Positions 7,221 to 16,692 of a DNA stretch of 64,000 nt are shown piece by piece. Position 1 is the stretch's first letter; every line of letters begins with the position of its first letter. The stretch comes from an uncultured Alphaproteobacteria bacterium. GTDB taxonomy: Bacteria > Pseudomonadota > Alphaproteobacteria > RF32 > CAG-239. The position numbers were made by a program, and so were the translations under genes. The stretch lies in NCBI GenBank assembly GCA_934273635.1, contig CAKQSV010000001.1:85393-149392 (forward strand), written 5' to 3'. The notes under the pieces were generated by a model. That model made no database searches. It had not been told where the DNA came from and worked only from the letters and a program-made list of their open reading frames with translations.

Positions 7221-9704
7221 ATGATGAATGTTAAAAATATTGTAAAAGGTGTTTCATTCCTGTTATGCTTGGGATTTTTGGCATGTGCAACCAACGCCAT
7301 GGCGAAGAGCAGCTTTGATGACTATGAAACTCAGTACGAAGATGAGCAAGCGACCTATGGTAATTGCGAAAACGCCAAGAAATATATTGATGAAGGTAGA
7401 AAGTGTGACTCAAGCAGTAAGAAGGCAACTCTTGAAAAAGCTTGTCAGAAATATCAATCAGTCAAAGCAGAATATAAAACATGTATGAGCGGTGGCAAAT
7501 CAGAATCTAAAGCGGCTTATGACGCATTGACGACGGCAAATACTTGTGAATCTACTGCCATAAAAAACATTAAAGAGGCTTTTGCCAGCTGTAAAGCGGC
7601 TATAAAAGCATATAAAAAGGCAGACAAAGCAAATGACAAGAAGAAGGCAGCAGGTGAAGCTAATAAAGAGGCTCAAAAAGCCATGACTACTGCGAAAGCG
7701 GCTTATTATAGGGCTATAGCTGACTGTGAACAAGGGGAGACGTTTGGCGACTGCTCTAAGGCAAATGATTTATATAAAGATTATCAGAAAAAAGCCAAAG
7801 CCGCTGGTAAAACCGCTAAGGCTGCAACAAAAGCAGATACTGCAGCTGCCGCCCAAAATAAGGCTTTTCAGTCTGCTGCAAATGATTCCTGCGGCATTGG
7901 GAGACGGTATAATGCTGACACTGGCGCTTGTGAAGACATTAACCTTGACCTGAGTAGTGAAGACCCTGATATTGCAGGGGTTAAGGCGGACTCAGACGCG
8001 GCCAAAGCTGCCGCAACCGGTAGCTCATCCTTAACCTGTAGTAATGTCAGCAAAAAAGGTGAGGCTAACGGCACATTTGCAATCTTTGACTATCTTGCCT
8101 GCCGTATCACCTTGGTGGTGGCTGATGTTCGCGCTATCGTATACATCTTGGCCGGCTTTGGTATGATTGCCTTTGCTTATGGCGCAATCATCGGCAAAAT
8201 CAACTTTAAGCAGTTGGCAAACATTTTTATCGGATTGTTTATCTTGTCAATGACAACCGGATTAATTGAGGCTATTGTCTTTAATGACGGCACATCTCGC
8301 TTGACTTATCACAACTATTTACCGGACGGCAATCATGGGCAATATAGCTCTGTGAGCGCAGATTGTAGCAGTGACGCAAGCTTGTGTCCGGATGTTGAAT
8401 TGAATGGTATGAAAGCTGACGCAGACAATAGCTCTTGGAGCTTGAGCGACCTTAAAAATACTATTAAATCAGCCAAGAAAGCTGTTAAGACTGCGTCAAA
8501 TACCGTTAAGACCGTTAAAAACACAGTCGAAACTACGGTGAACGCTGCAAAGAACATCGGCAACGCCATCAAAAACGGTGGGGATATTACCGATGTGGTC
8601 AGCAACATTGCCGCCAATGTCAGCAATGTGGTTGGTACCGCGAATATGGCGGCTAACCAGTTGGCAAACAACTATGCCGACCTTGCTAATGATATTCGCG
8701 ATGCTCAGTCGACTGAGGAGCAACTTAAATATCGTGAAGAAGTCGAAAAACGCTATAACCTCTTGAAAGGTAAGTGCGATACCGGCAACTGTAGTGAGAA
8801 CGAAAAAGCCTCTTTGGCTAAAATGGCTGAGATGGTCGATGAAAACAAAACCAAAGCCGACAAATGGGTTGAGAACGACGGCAAAGGTGGCGGTTCGACT
8901 ATCTTGAGTGGTCTTGGTAAAGCAGCAAACATAGCAAGTTCAGCAAACAAAGTCACCTCAAACGTCGCTCAGGCACAAAATGACGGTTCGGCTTTGGCTG
9001 GTGGAGCATTAGGTGATGTTTTAGGCGTAGCTTTCGCCGCAGGAGAGGCTTACACCAGTGGCTCGGATGCTTATGATAAGGCTAAAAGCGATGGTTCTTT
9101 AGACTTCCGCAGCGGTCAGACCAAGAGCGCTGATGACGCCAGACATGCTCAACAAGCCGCTGAAGACGCTTGTATTAAAAAAGGCGGTAAGTTGGCTAAC
9201 GGCAAGTGCATGAGTGATAAAGGTGTTGAAATTGATATTACCACCGGCGCCCGCACTAAGACAGCGACTGACGATAAGGGTAACAAGACGACGGCTACTT
9301 CAACAACAGATAAAGCCACCGGTACAAAAACAACAACGGCTGTCGTAACCGATAAAGACGGTAAGAAGGTATCCGAGACCGTCACGGTTGAAAACAAAGA
9401 CGGCACCAAGACCGTTACGGTTAAAGAAAACGGTAAGAACAAGTCTGTAAGCTATGGCAAAGACGGCAAACTCACCTCCGTTGACGGGCAAAAGGCTGCC
9501 GACCAAAAAGCCACCTGCACCCAGCAAGGTAAAGTTTGGGACGACAAGTTGGGTTGCCGCACGCACGAAGCAGTTTGCCAAAGCGAGGGTAAAACCTATG
9601 ACAGCAATTCTAAAAAGTGCGTAGCAAAGAAAGAGGGAAAGAAAGCCGATACAAAGAAGGGAGCCGCTAAAAGTTCGGCAAAGTCAACAACCACTAAAAA
9701 ATAG
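7221..9704 (+). CDS. 827-aa secreted/membrane chimeric protein: signal peptide, Cys/Lys/Ala-rich domain, VirB2-like pilin core, then Thr/Lys/Gly/Asp-rich low-complexity tail
   Basis: GGAG sits 7 nt upstream of the ATG. Signal peptide MMNVKNIVKGVSFLLCLGFLACATNAMA. Residues ~295-350 (IVYILAGFGMIAFAYGAIIGKINFKQLANIFIGLFILSMTTGLIEAIVF) are paralogous to the two upstream pilins. The N-terminal domain is Cys-rich, with 14 Cys in residues 1-285 (two lie in the signal peptide), and the C-terminal region has a further 10 Cys. Confidence 0.6.
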   Translation: MMNVKNIVKGVSFLLCLGFLACATNAMAKSSFDDYETQYEDEQATYGNCENAKKYIDEGRKCDSSSKKATLEKACQKYQSVKAEYKTCMSGGKSESKAAYDALTTANTCESTAIKNIKEAFASCKAAIKAYKKADKANDKKKAAGEANKEAQKAMTTAKAAYYRAIADCEQGETFGDCSKANDLYKDYQKKAKAAGKTAKAATKADTAAAAQNKAFQSAANDSCGIGRRYNADTGACEDINLDLSSEDPDIAGVKADSDAAKAAATGSSSLTCSNVSKKGEANGTFAIFDYLACRITLVVADVRAIVYILAGFGMIAFAYGAIIGKINFKQLANIFIGLFILSMTTGLIEAIVFNDGTSRLTYHNYLPDGNHGQYSSVSADCSSDASLCPDVELNGMKADADNSSWSLSDLKNTIKSAKKAVKTASNTVKTVKNTVETTVNAAKNIGNAIKNGGDITDVVSNIAANVSNVVGTANMAANQLANNYADLANDIRDAQSTEEQLKYREEVEKRYNLLKGKCDTGNCSENEKASLAKMAEMVDENKTKADKWVENDGKGGGSTILSGLGKAANIASSANKVTSNVAQAQNDGSALAGGALGDVLGVAFAAGEAYTSGSDAYDKAKSDGSLDFRSGQTKSADDARHAQQAAEDACIKKGGKLANGKCMSDKGVEIDITTGARTKTATDDKGNKTTATSTTDKATGTKTTTAVVTDKDGKKVSETVTVENKDGTKTVTVKENGKNKSVSYGKDGKLTSVDGQKAADQKATCTQQGKVWDDKLGCRTHEAVCQSEGKTYDSNSKKCVAKKEGKKADTKKGAAKSSAKSTTTKK

Positions 9705-9723
9705 CTTCTTGTTCTATGGCTCA

Positions 9724-9762
9724 AAAACACCCCGTGTTGACTCTCTCCACGGGGTGTTTTTT
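9724..9762 (+). terminator. rho-independent terminator of the pilin-like operon
   Basis: Stem acaccccgtg / cacggggtgt followed by TTTTTT. Confidence 0.75.
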
Positions 9763-9935
9763 AATGACCAGAAACTCAGAATTGTCATTGCGATGACGTT
9801 AGGGGAAGGGAACGTGCCATTGCCGCTCTAATAATTTAGAGAGGGTATATAAAGACTTCTTCCCTAAATTTTTAGGGAAGACGGATTTCTTAAGAGGACA
9901 GGAGCTAACAGCGAACTGTACTCTTGTTGAAATCC

Positions 9936-10007
9936 TGATGAGTTTAAAGTTATGTTCGGAGTTTTAATTAAAAGGCTTTCCTTTACTATAAACTCACCTC
10001 CGACAGC
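9936..10007. repeat. MITE-like ~68-bp element, copy 1
   Basis: gagtttaaagttatgttcggagttttaattaa...ctttactataaactcacctcc. The 11-bp inverted ends GAGTTTAWAGT/ACTATAAACTC are present in both copies; the TIR is perfect in copy 2 and has a T/A mismatch here. Confidence 0.5.
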
Positions 10008-10186
10008 TAACGCTGCCACCTCCTCTCTAAATATTTAGCGAGGAGGTTTAAACTCACCTCAACCAATTCCGACTAAAAATTTAGAGAGGAAGGATATAGA
10101 AACCTTACCCTGCCTCTTTGAATTTTCAGAGAGGCAAGATTGCTCAGTAAATGCAACAGCATTTGCACTTAGCAATCTGGTGAGTT

Positions 10187-10253
10187 TATAGTTATGCTTG
10201 GAGTTTTAATTAAGTGTCTTTCCCTTACTATAAACTCATCTGGATTTCTAAAA
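10187..10253. repeat. MITE-like ~68-bp element, copy 2
   Basis: ctggtgagtttatagttatgcttggagttttaattaagtgtctttcccttactataaactcatctgg. About 85% identical to copy 1. Confidence 0.5.
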
Positions 10254-10527
10254 AAATACAATTCGTTTCACTCTTGTATTTTAAGAAATCCTGTCTTCCC
10301 TAAATATTTAAGGAAGACATTACCCCCCTCTAATAATTTAGAGAGGGAATAAGTAGCCACTTTACACTTGGATCGCCACGGACGTTGCCGTCCCCGCGAT
10401 GACGTTCGGGACAGAAGTTCTAAAAAAATAATATCAAAAAAAATCATCCTTTGTAAAAAAATTTATTTTGCGATTTTGGCAAAAAATGCTAATATAAGTA
10501 TTATATTATTGTTCTATGGAGGCTGCA

Positions 10528-11385
10528 ATGACTGGTAAGAGACCTATTGTTATTGGAATTGGCGAGCTGTTGTGGGATATGCTGCCGGCGGGAAAGAGAG
10601 CGGGCGGTGCTCCGATTAATGTGGTGTATCACGCCTCTAAGCAATGTGCCGACGGATATGCCGTGAGTGCGGTCGGTAAAGACGCGCTCGGCGATGAAAT
10701 TATCGGCGAGTTGGAAAAAAATCATATCAAATATATTCTTGACCGCAACAATTATCCGACCAGTGTGGTTGAGGTTCATTTGCAAGACGGTATTCCCTCT
10801 TATGAGATTATTGAAGATGTGGCGTGGGATCATATCCGCCTTTTGCCCGAGGCTGTCGCATTAGTACAAAAGGCCGACGCCGTATGTTTCGGCACCTTAG
10901 CCTTACGGCACACCGAGGCGAGGAAAACGATTATCAGTCTGATAAAGTCCGCGCCGGCGCATGCCATTAAGTTTTTGGATATTAACCTGCGGCAACATTA
11001 CTATTCTAAAGAACTATTGCAAGAGTTGCTCGGGTTGGCCACTATTTTGAAAATCAATGATGAGGAGATTGTGGCGGTGCGCAAGCTGTTAGACCTGTCC
11101 GGCACGGACGAGGAAGTTTGCAAGCATTTGATGAAGGTCTACAATCTGCAATATCTGGCTTTTACGGCCGGTGAAAATTACAGCATTATTTATTCCGAGA
11201 CCGAAAAATCTTATCTGCCGACCCCACGGGTGGTGGTAGAAGATACCGTTGGCGCCGGTGACGCGTTTTCGGGCACGTTTATTTGCGCCATACTTCACGG
11301 CAAAGATATGTTTCGCGCTCACAAAGCGGCGGTTGACACCGCGGCTTTTGTTTGCACCAAATCTGGCGCTTGGCCCCAATACTAA
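10528..11385 (+). CDS. PfkB-family carbohydrate kinase (fructokinase-like)
   Basis: DTVGAGDAF motif and an N-terminal GELLWDM pattern. GGAGG sits 5 nt upstream of the ATG at 10528. Confidence 0.75.
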   Translation: MTGKRPIVIGIGELLWDMLPAGKRAGGAPINVVYHASKQCADGYAVSAVGKDALGDEIIGELEKNHIKYILDRNNYPTSVVEVHLQDGIPSYEIIEDVAWDHIRLLPEAVALVQKADAVCFGTLALRHTEARKTIISLIKSAPAHAIKFLDINLRQHYYSKELLQELLGLATILKINDEEIVAVRKLLDLSGTDEEVCKHLMKVYNLQYLAFTAGENYSIIYSETEKSYLPTPRVVVEDTVGAGDAFSGTFICAILHGKDMFRAHKAAVDTAAFVCTKSGAWPQY

Positions 11386-11398
11386 AGGAGACTGAGAG

Positions 11399-12541
11399 AT
11401 GAACAAACGCTTTTTATTGCAACTGCTGCCTATTCTCATGACCTTTTTTGCCATGGGTTTTGTGGATTTGGCCGGTACCGCCACCAACTATTTGAAAGCC
11501 GATTTTAACCTGTCGGACACACTGGCGAACAGTTTTGCCTCGATGGTGTTCTTTTGGTTTTTGATTTGCTCGGTGCCCTCGGGTATGTTAATGAACAAAA
11601 TCGGGCGGCGCAAGACCGTGCTGCTCAGTTTGTATCTGACCTTGTTGGCTTTGGTTATGCCTTTGTTCAAATATAATTTGCCGGTTATGTTGGTCTCGTT
11701 GTCTTTGCTGGGTATCGGCAACGCTATTATGCAAGTGTCTCTTAATCCCCTGCTCTCAAACATTACCCCGCCGAGCAAACTTTCGAGTGCTTTAACTTTA
11801 GGGCAGTTTATTAAAGCCATTGCTGCGTTTATCGGTCCGATTGCCGTCGCTGCCTGCGCTTTGCACTTTGGCAACTGGGTTTTGCTGATGGGATTTTTTG
11901 CCATTGAAGGGTTGATTGCATTGTTATGGCTACGCAAAACCGAAATTCACGAGCAAGCTACCGACAAGGCATCTTCGTTCAAGGAGTGTTTCGGGCTGTT
12001 AAAAAATTGGTCGGTGCTGTTGTGCTTTTTGGGTATTATGTGCCATGTGGGCATTGATGTCGGCACCAATGTTTCGGCGCCGAAAATCGTTATGGAAAAA
12101 TTGCAAATTCCGCTCAGTCAGGCCGGTTTTGCCACCAGTGTTTATTTTATATTCCGCACATTTGGCAGCTTGTCCGGCGTGGCGATTTTGGCCAAATTTA
12201 ACGCCCGCCGCTTTTTCGGGCTGAGTGTGTTGTTTTTGCTCATCGGTATGGCGGGGCTGATTCCCGCCGAGACCAAGTGGCAACTGTTCGGGTGTTTGGC
12301 GCTCATCGGTTTTGGCAACGCCAATATCTTTCCGGTAGTGTTCGCGCAGGCCATGCGTATCCGCCCCGACAAGAAAAACGAAATCTCGGGTTTGATGATT
12401 ATGGGTATTTGCGGCGGCGCGCTGTTCCCCACCATTATGGGCGGTGTGACCGATGTTGTCGGCTCGCAGGTTGGCGCTGTTGCCGTGATGTTGTGCTGCA
12501 TTTTCTATCTGTTGGGATTTTGCAAAAAAATAAAATCTTAG
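11399..12541 (+). CDS. MFS sugar transporter (FucP/GluP-like)
   Basis: Multi-pass hydrophobic protein of 380 aa. AAGGAG precedes it, and it lies downstream of the sugar kinase. Confidence 0.65.
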   Translation: MNKRFLLQLLPILMTFFAMGFVDLAGTATNYLKADFNLSDTLANSFASMVFFWFLICSVPSGMLMNKIGRRKTVLLSLYLTLLALVMPLFKYNLPVMLVSLSLLGIGNAIMQVSLNPLLSNITPPSKLSSALTLGQFIKAIAAFIGPIAVAACALHFGNWVLLMGFFAIEGLIALLWLRKTEIHEQATDKASSFKECFGLLKNWSVLLCFLGIMCHVGIDVGTNVSAPKIVMEKLQIPLSQAGFATSVYFIFRTFGSLSGVAILAKFNARRFFGLSVLFLLIGMAGLIPAETKWQLFGCLALIGFGNANIFPVVFAQAMRIRPDKKNEISGLMIMGICGGALFPTIMGGVTDVVGSQVGAVAVMLCCIFYLLGFCKKIKS

Positions 12542-12636
12542 CCGTTGTGGAAAAAATTTTTTAGGGGTGTTCTCAAAGCGGTTTTGAGGTATTATATGTA
12601 TAATTTATTATTTCCTGACAAAAAAAGAGAACACTA

Positions 12637-13689
12637 ATGACAGAAGAGCAAAGCGAACTTTGGGAGCATTTCCTGAAGCAGGTTAAAATTCTTAAATTAA
12701 AATCTATTCGCGCCTGGCACCGTTTTGACAAACAGACCGGAACCACCCGTTTTTTGAAAAAGATGGCTTTGGCTGCGGCTCTGAAAACCATTACGATGAT
12801 TATGCCCAATGCGCAGATTAGCCTGCACGCGCAAACCGTGCACAAAAAAACACCAAGCAAAACTTTGATTGCCAGCGCCTCAATCCCGAGCGCTGAAGCG
12901 TCGTATGAGGCTTTTCAGGAGTACAGCCGCGAACGGATGCCCTTGCGTCAGGCCGACTTTGCCCGCGATTTGTATGAGACCCTGCGCGAAAACGTGGAGG
13001 AAGTGCAGGACGGCGCCAAGCACGGTCGCAAGACCAAAACCCTCAAAGACCTGTTCGGCAACGATATTGACCCCAAATATTATTGCGCTATTGCCGGTTT
13101 GCGCTCGTTGGAGCAAACCATTGACAAAAAGGGGTATTATGAATATGAGTTTTTGCTCAACTGTATTCAAAATCCACACGCTTGTCTGAGTGTTATCAGC
13201 AGTTTGGAAAAAAACTTCGGCACCGGTGCCAAAACCGCCAATATTCGCAACAAACTGCGCGACGAGCTGAAGAAAAATTCAAGCTCAGTGTGCATTGCGG
13301 TAGTCAACAGCCGTCAAAACACCAGTAGCGGCAAGCATTTTGTGTTTGTGTTGCCCAACAAGGTGGTGGTTGATTCGCTGATTCATGAAACCGACACGCT
13401 CAAAGGACGCGTGGTGTCGTTTAATGTTGATAAAATCGCCAAATCCGACGACTATTTTACCGGCACCCGCAACACCGGCTATTTGTTCAACATTACCGAC
13501 CTGTCGGAAAATGATTTGATGTTGATGTTTTATAACGCGTTCACCAAGCAAAAAATGCAAAAAACAAAAACCGCCTCAAAATCTGCGGAAGTTTCGGCAG
13601 TGACGGAAAAGCCCAAAACCACTCGTCGCAAAACGGCGGTTAAGCCCGAGGGCTTGTGGCGGGAGGTCAGCTCTAAAAGCAGAGGCTAA
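12637..13689 (+). CDS. hypothetical protein (350 aa) with a Lys/Thr-rich C-terminus
   Basis: Intact ORF. An internal segment MALAAALKTITMIMPNAQISLHA looks like a signal peptide. No recognisable domain. Confidence 0.45.
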   Translation: MTEEQSELWEHFLKQVKILKLKSIRAWHRFDKQTGTTRFLKKMALAAALKTITMIMPNAQISLHAQTVHKKTPSKTLIASASIPSAEASYEAFQEYSRERMPLRQADFARDLYETLRENVEEVQDGAKHGRKTKTLKDLFGNDIDPKYYCAIAGLRSLEQTIDKKGYYEYEFLLNCIQNPHACLSVISSLEKNFGTGAKTANIRNKLRDELKKNSSSVCIAVVNSRQNTSSGKHFVFVLPNKVVVDSLIHETDTLKGRVVSFNVDKIAKSDDYFTGTRNTGYLFNITDLSENDLMLMFYNAFTKQKMQKTKTASKSAEVSAVTEKPKTTRRKTAVKPEGLWREVSSKSRG

Positions 13690-14168
13690 ACCTAAATGGA
13701 CCAAGATTTTTGCGATTCTAATGAGGAGTCGCAAATTTTTTTAAAATAATTAAAACGACTCAAAACGAATCTGGAACAGCGTTTGGCGGGAATCGCCGAG
13801 AATCCTCATTTTTTTATAAAGATTTTATTAATATTTGCCGCATAGAATCCGCGTATGAATTCAAAAAAATACTCATAATTCCGGCACAGCTATAGATGTA
13901 TCGGCAAATATGAGTGACCGACAGCGCTGTAAAATATGACTGGGCAGAAGTCCTTTGATAATAACAGAAGTTATGACCATAAAAGACCGTTTTTGAAAAA
14001 AGCGACCGCGCGGGCAAAATCCCCATTGTGTCCGAGAGGCGCACTTTGAGAAGACAGGCGCTTGATATTGTTATGTTTTGGACATTTTCTTTCTTCACTT
14101 GCTTAGTGTCGGGGCAAGTGGGAGAGGCTCTCTTATTGATAGAATTATTGTAGTGTCATTTTGCTAAC

Positions 14169-14208
14169 CAAAAAAACTCCCAAGTTTGCGTAAACTTAGG
14201 AGTTTTGG
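14169..14208 (-). terminator. rho-independent terminator for the 14221-14736 gene
   Basis: Hairpin aactcccaagttt / aaacttaggagtt. A T-run follows on the minus strand. Confidence 0.5.
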
Positions 14209-14220
14209 GCTGTTTAAAAT

Positions 14221-14736
14221 CTACAACATCGGACGAACCCACAAATTACGGCGCTTTGGCAGCACAATGATTTTGCCGGTTGCCAAATTGACGGCCTTGG
14301 CGTTATACGAACTTGAAAGTTTGTCGCCGAGCCAGTAGAGTTCATCACGCAACGGGTTACCGCTGACGGTCTCAAGAACAGTGTTCAAATTGTCTCGCTG
14401 GTTGTTGAGCCATACGCAGTCCTCAGATGTCGGCAAGTGTCCACCCTGTTGGCGGCAGAACTTGACAGCATCTTCATATTGCAACATTATCGGCGCGTCA
14501 TGAAGAGAAACATCTCGACCTCCGAGGTGCACCGCCTTGACCGGCTTTTTGAACACAAAGGTTTTGGAAACCGTGTTATCGGCGTAACGCAACTCTAAAG
14601 GAAGTGATGTGCCGTTGTCAATCTCGGGAATAGTACCGTAAATTTCTAACAGGCTTAAAGCCTCTCTTATGTCCGCAACAGAAAGTTTCTGCTCGCGTAT
14701 AAAAGCGGACAACGCGATTTGCTGTGATTTGTTCAT
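14221..14736 (-). CDS. hypothetical protein (171 aa)
   Basis: Intact ORF with a terminator downstream. No recognisable motif. Confidence 0.45.
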   Translation of the reverse strand: MNKSQQIALSAFIREQKLSVADIREALSLLEIYGTIPEIDNGTSLPLELRYADNTVSKTFVFKKPVKAVHLGGRDVSLHDAPIMLQYEDAVKFCRQQGGHLPTSEDCVWLNNQRDNLNTVLETVSGNPLRDELYWLGDKLSSSYNAKAVNLATGKIIVLPKRRNLWVRPML

Positions 14737-14825
14737 AACTGATAATAAATAAAATAATTAATAAATCGGTTCTTAATTATCATATTTTTCAGTTTATGTA
14801 AATAGACAAAATGCACAAAAAGATT

Positions 14826-15389
14826 TTAGATGAACTCAATTTGCGATAAAACAGCCTCAAAGTCTGCGCTTTGCGGGCTGCAAATATAAGCACCGACCTT
14901 AACCTCGGGCATATCATTTAAGAGGTGGGTCATGCGTATGGATTTAAACTTTTCTCCGTCCAAAGAATAATAAAGCAGATAGTCACCGTTCAAGCGCTTG
15001 ACTTTAAACCAGATGTCATCAAAATCAGGGGGTATCGGTTGCGCCGCCCAATCAGAATAGCCGTTTTGGGTCACGCCGGTGCCGAGCATGGGCTTGTCGG
15101 GGGCGTCATACATCACGGTGGCTTTTATCCAGTTGTTTTCATCAACGCGCAACATAACCCCACACTGGGCATAGGGTATTTTTTGCGTGTAGCTCCATTT
15201 GGCAACAAGCGTGAAATTACCGTCTTTGCGACAATAAAAGAAATGACCGTTATCTTTGCTGACGCCATGGTGGCGGCTTTGCCAAAAATCGCTTCCCGCC
15301 GCGGCGGTCACAAACATCGATTTGTCTCGAAACACCACGTTTTCGGGTTCGTTATACCACTCAAAGTCTTGCAAAGCCCCCAAAAGCAT
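14826..15389 (-). CDS. DUF1349 (concanavalin-A-like) domain protein
   Basis: WQSRHHG...FTLVAKWSYTQKIPYAQCGVMLRVDENNWIKATV pattern matches DUF1349. Confidence 0.55.
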   Translation of the reverse strand: MLLGALQDFEWYNEPENVVFRDKSMFVTAAAGSDFWQSRHHGVSKDNGHFFYCRKDGNFTLVAKWSYTQKIPYAQCGVMLRVDENNWIKATVMYDAPDKPMLGTGVTQNGYSDWAAQPIPPDFDDIWFKVKRLNGDYLLYYSLDGEKFKSIRMTHLLNDMPEVKVGAYICSPQSADFEAVLSQIEFI

Positions 15390-16330
15390 TAAAACGTCCT
15401 TACCGTCTCATCAGGCATTGATGACAAAACCTTATCCAAATCGGCATTTTTTCGCGCCGGCATAACCACCTTAAGGGTTATTATCTCATCTCCTTGTCCC
15501 AGTTTGGTTTTAATGCCCTGCCCTTTCAGGCGCAATTTAGCACCGGAGCTGGAGTATGGCGGAATATTAACCGAAACTTTGCCGTTAATGGTCGGAACGG
15601 TGACTTTGGCGCCCAATACCGCCTCTTTGAGGCTGATAGGCAATTCCATATTGATGTTACGACCGTCGGCGCAAAAATAAGGGTGACTTCCGACCTTAAG
15701 CGTGATTAAAACATCGCCGTTTTCTCCGCCGTTGGGGCTGGCATAGCCCAAACCTTTCAGGCGCAGGGTTTGACCGTCTTCGGTTCCGGACGGAATTTTA
15801 ACATTAATGCTCTTGCCCTGAATTGAAACGGTCTTTTCGTCACCGCGGGCGGCGCTCAAAAAGTCTATCTGCATGGTATAGTTAATGTCTTCACCCTTGC
15901 GAGGACGGGCGCGACCGCCGCCAAAGCCCTGAAAACCACCGGCTCCGGCACTGCCACCGCCAAACTGAGAAAAAATATCGTCGCCAAAAATAGAAGAAAA
16001 GTCAAAGCCGCCGGCACTGCCACCACCAAACGGATTGCCGCCGGTGTAGGTATAGGTTCTGCCACCGGCTCCGGCACCGCCAAACCCCGCGCCAAAGCCT
16101 GTCGGTTTGCCCTCGGAGTCAATCTCTTTGTTGTCATATTTGCGGCGTTTCTCTTTGTCGCCCAAAATATCATAAGCGCAGGAAACCTCTTTGAAGTGGT
16201 CGGCCGCGGTCGGATCATCTTTGTTTAAGTCGGGGTGATATTTGCGCGCCAAACGGCGATACGCCGATTTTATTTCATCGTCAGACGCGGTTTTGCTAAC
16301 ACCCAATACACTGTATAAGTCTTTATTCAT
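15389..16330 (-). CDS. cbpA: J-domain co-chaperone, CbpA-like (J domain, Gly/Phe-rich linker, DnaJ C-terminal domains, no zinc finger)
   Basis: [34 protein letters not shown] carries the HPD motif. Has a [13 protein letters not shown] linker and no CxxCxGxG repeats. Confidence 0.7.
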   Translation of the reverse strand: MNKDLYSVLGVSKTASDDEIKSAYRRLARKYHPDLNKDDPTAADHFKEVSCAYDILGDKEKRRKYDNKEIDSEGKPTGFGAGFGGAGAGGRTYTYTGGNPFGGGSAGGFDFSSIFGDDIFSQFGGGSAGAGGFQGFGGGRARPRKGEDINYTMQIDFLSAARGDEKTVSIQGKSINVKIPSGTEDGQTLRLKGLGYASPNGGENGDVLITLKVGSHPYFCADGRNINMELPISLKEAVLGAKVTVPTINGKVSVNIPPYSSSGAKLRLKGQGIKTKLGQGDEIITLKVVMPARKNADLDKVLSSMPDETVRTF

Positions 16331-16395
16331 TATTTTTGCCCATTATAAATCTTGCTTCTTATATAAAATATAGGCAGGAATTTTGGCGTTTGCAA

Positions 16396-16692
16396 CTATA
16401 TGCAATCAAAAGTCGCGCGGCGCGAAAAATTTTTGAACAACTGAGAGTCATGCAACACAGCTCGCTTGTCGCCCTGTTCATGGCAATATTCCGACGCCAT
16501 AAACGCAATCTCGTCAATACGAACATCTTTGTACTCGTAAGTTATACTGTATTCATCTTGCATTTTAATGCGGACATTGTCGGCAAAGCGCTCATAGTCA
16601 TTGCCGTAAGCCGGTTCAATCTCGGGGGGATTGGTGGCGCAAGCACTCAGCACCAATGCCGTTGCCAATGCGCTCAAAAGCGTTTTTATCAT
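16396..16692 (-). CDS. small lipoprotein (lipobox LSAC)
   Basis: N-terminus MIKTLLSALATALVLSAC. Its ATG overlaps the stop of an upstream small ORF (ATGA). Confidence 0.5.
   Translation of the reverse strand: MIKTLLSALATALVLSACATNPPEIEPAYGNDYERFADNVRIKMQDEYSITYEYKDVRIDEIAFMASEYCHEQGDKRAVLHDSQLFKNFSRRATFDCI

Larger units (their letters stand above)
9780..10420. repeat. field of short palindromic repeat elements (RPE/REP-like)
   Basis: Seven hairpins centred on CTAAAWWTTTAG, with variable but self-complementary GA/CT-rich stems, at about 9824, 9858, 10014, 10070, 10109, 10296 and 10325. Also carries GCGATGACGTT motifs at 9790 and 10396. Confidence 0.6.

Noticed and set aside
7231-9581. Multiple short ORFs on both strands inside 7221-9704 (e.g. 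8333-8671, 9149-9442)
   Set aside because: They are nested in the 827-aa gene. Their low-complexity composition mirrors the Lys/Thr/Ala codons of that gene.
9780-10420. Possible CRISPR array
   Set aside because: The repeats are inverted or palindromic with variable stems, not identical direct repeats at regular spacing with unique spacers. There are no cas genes within 64 kb.
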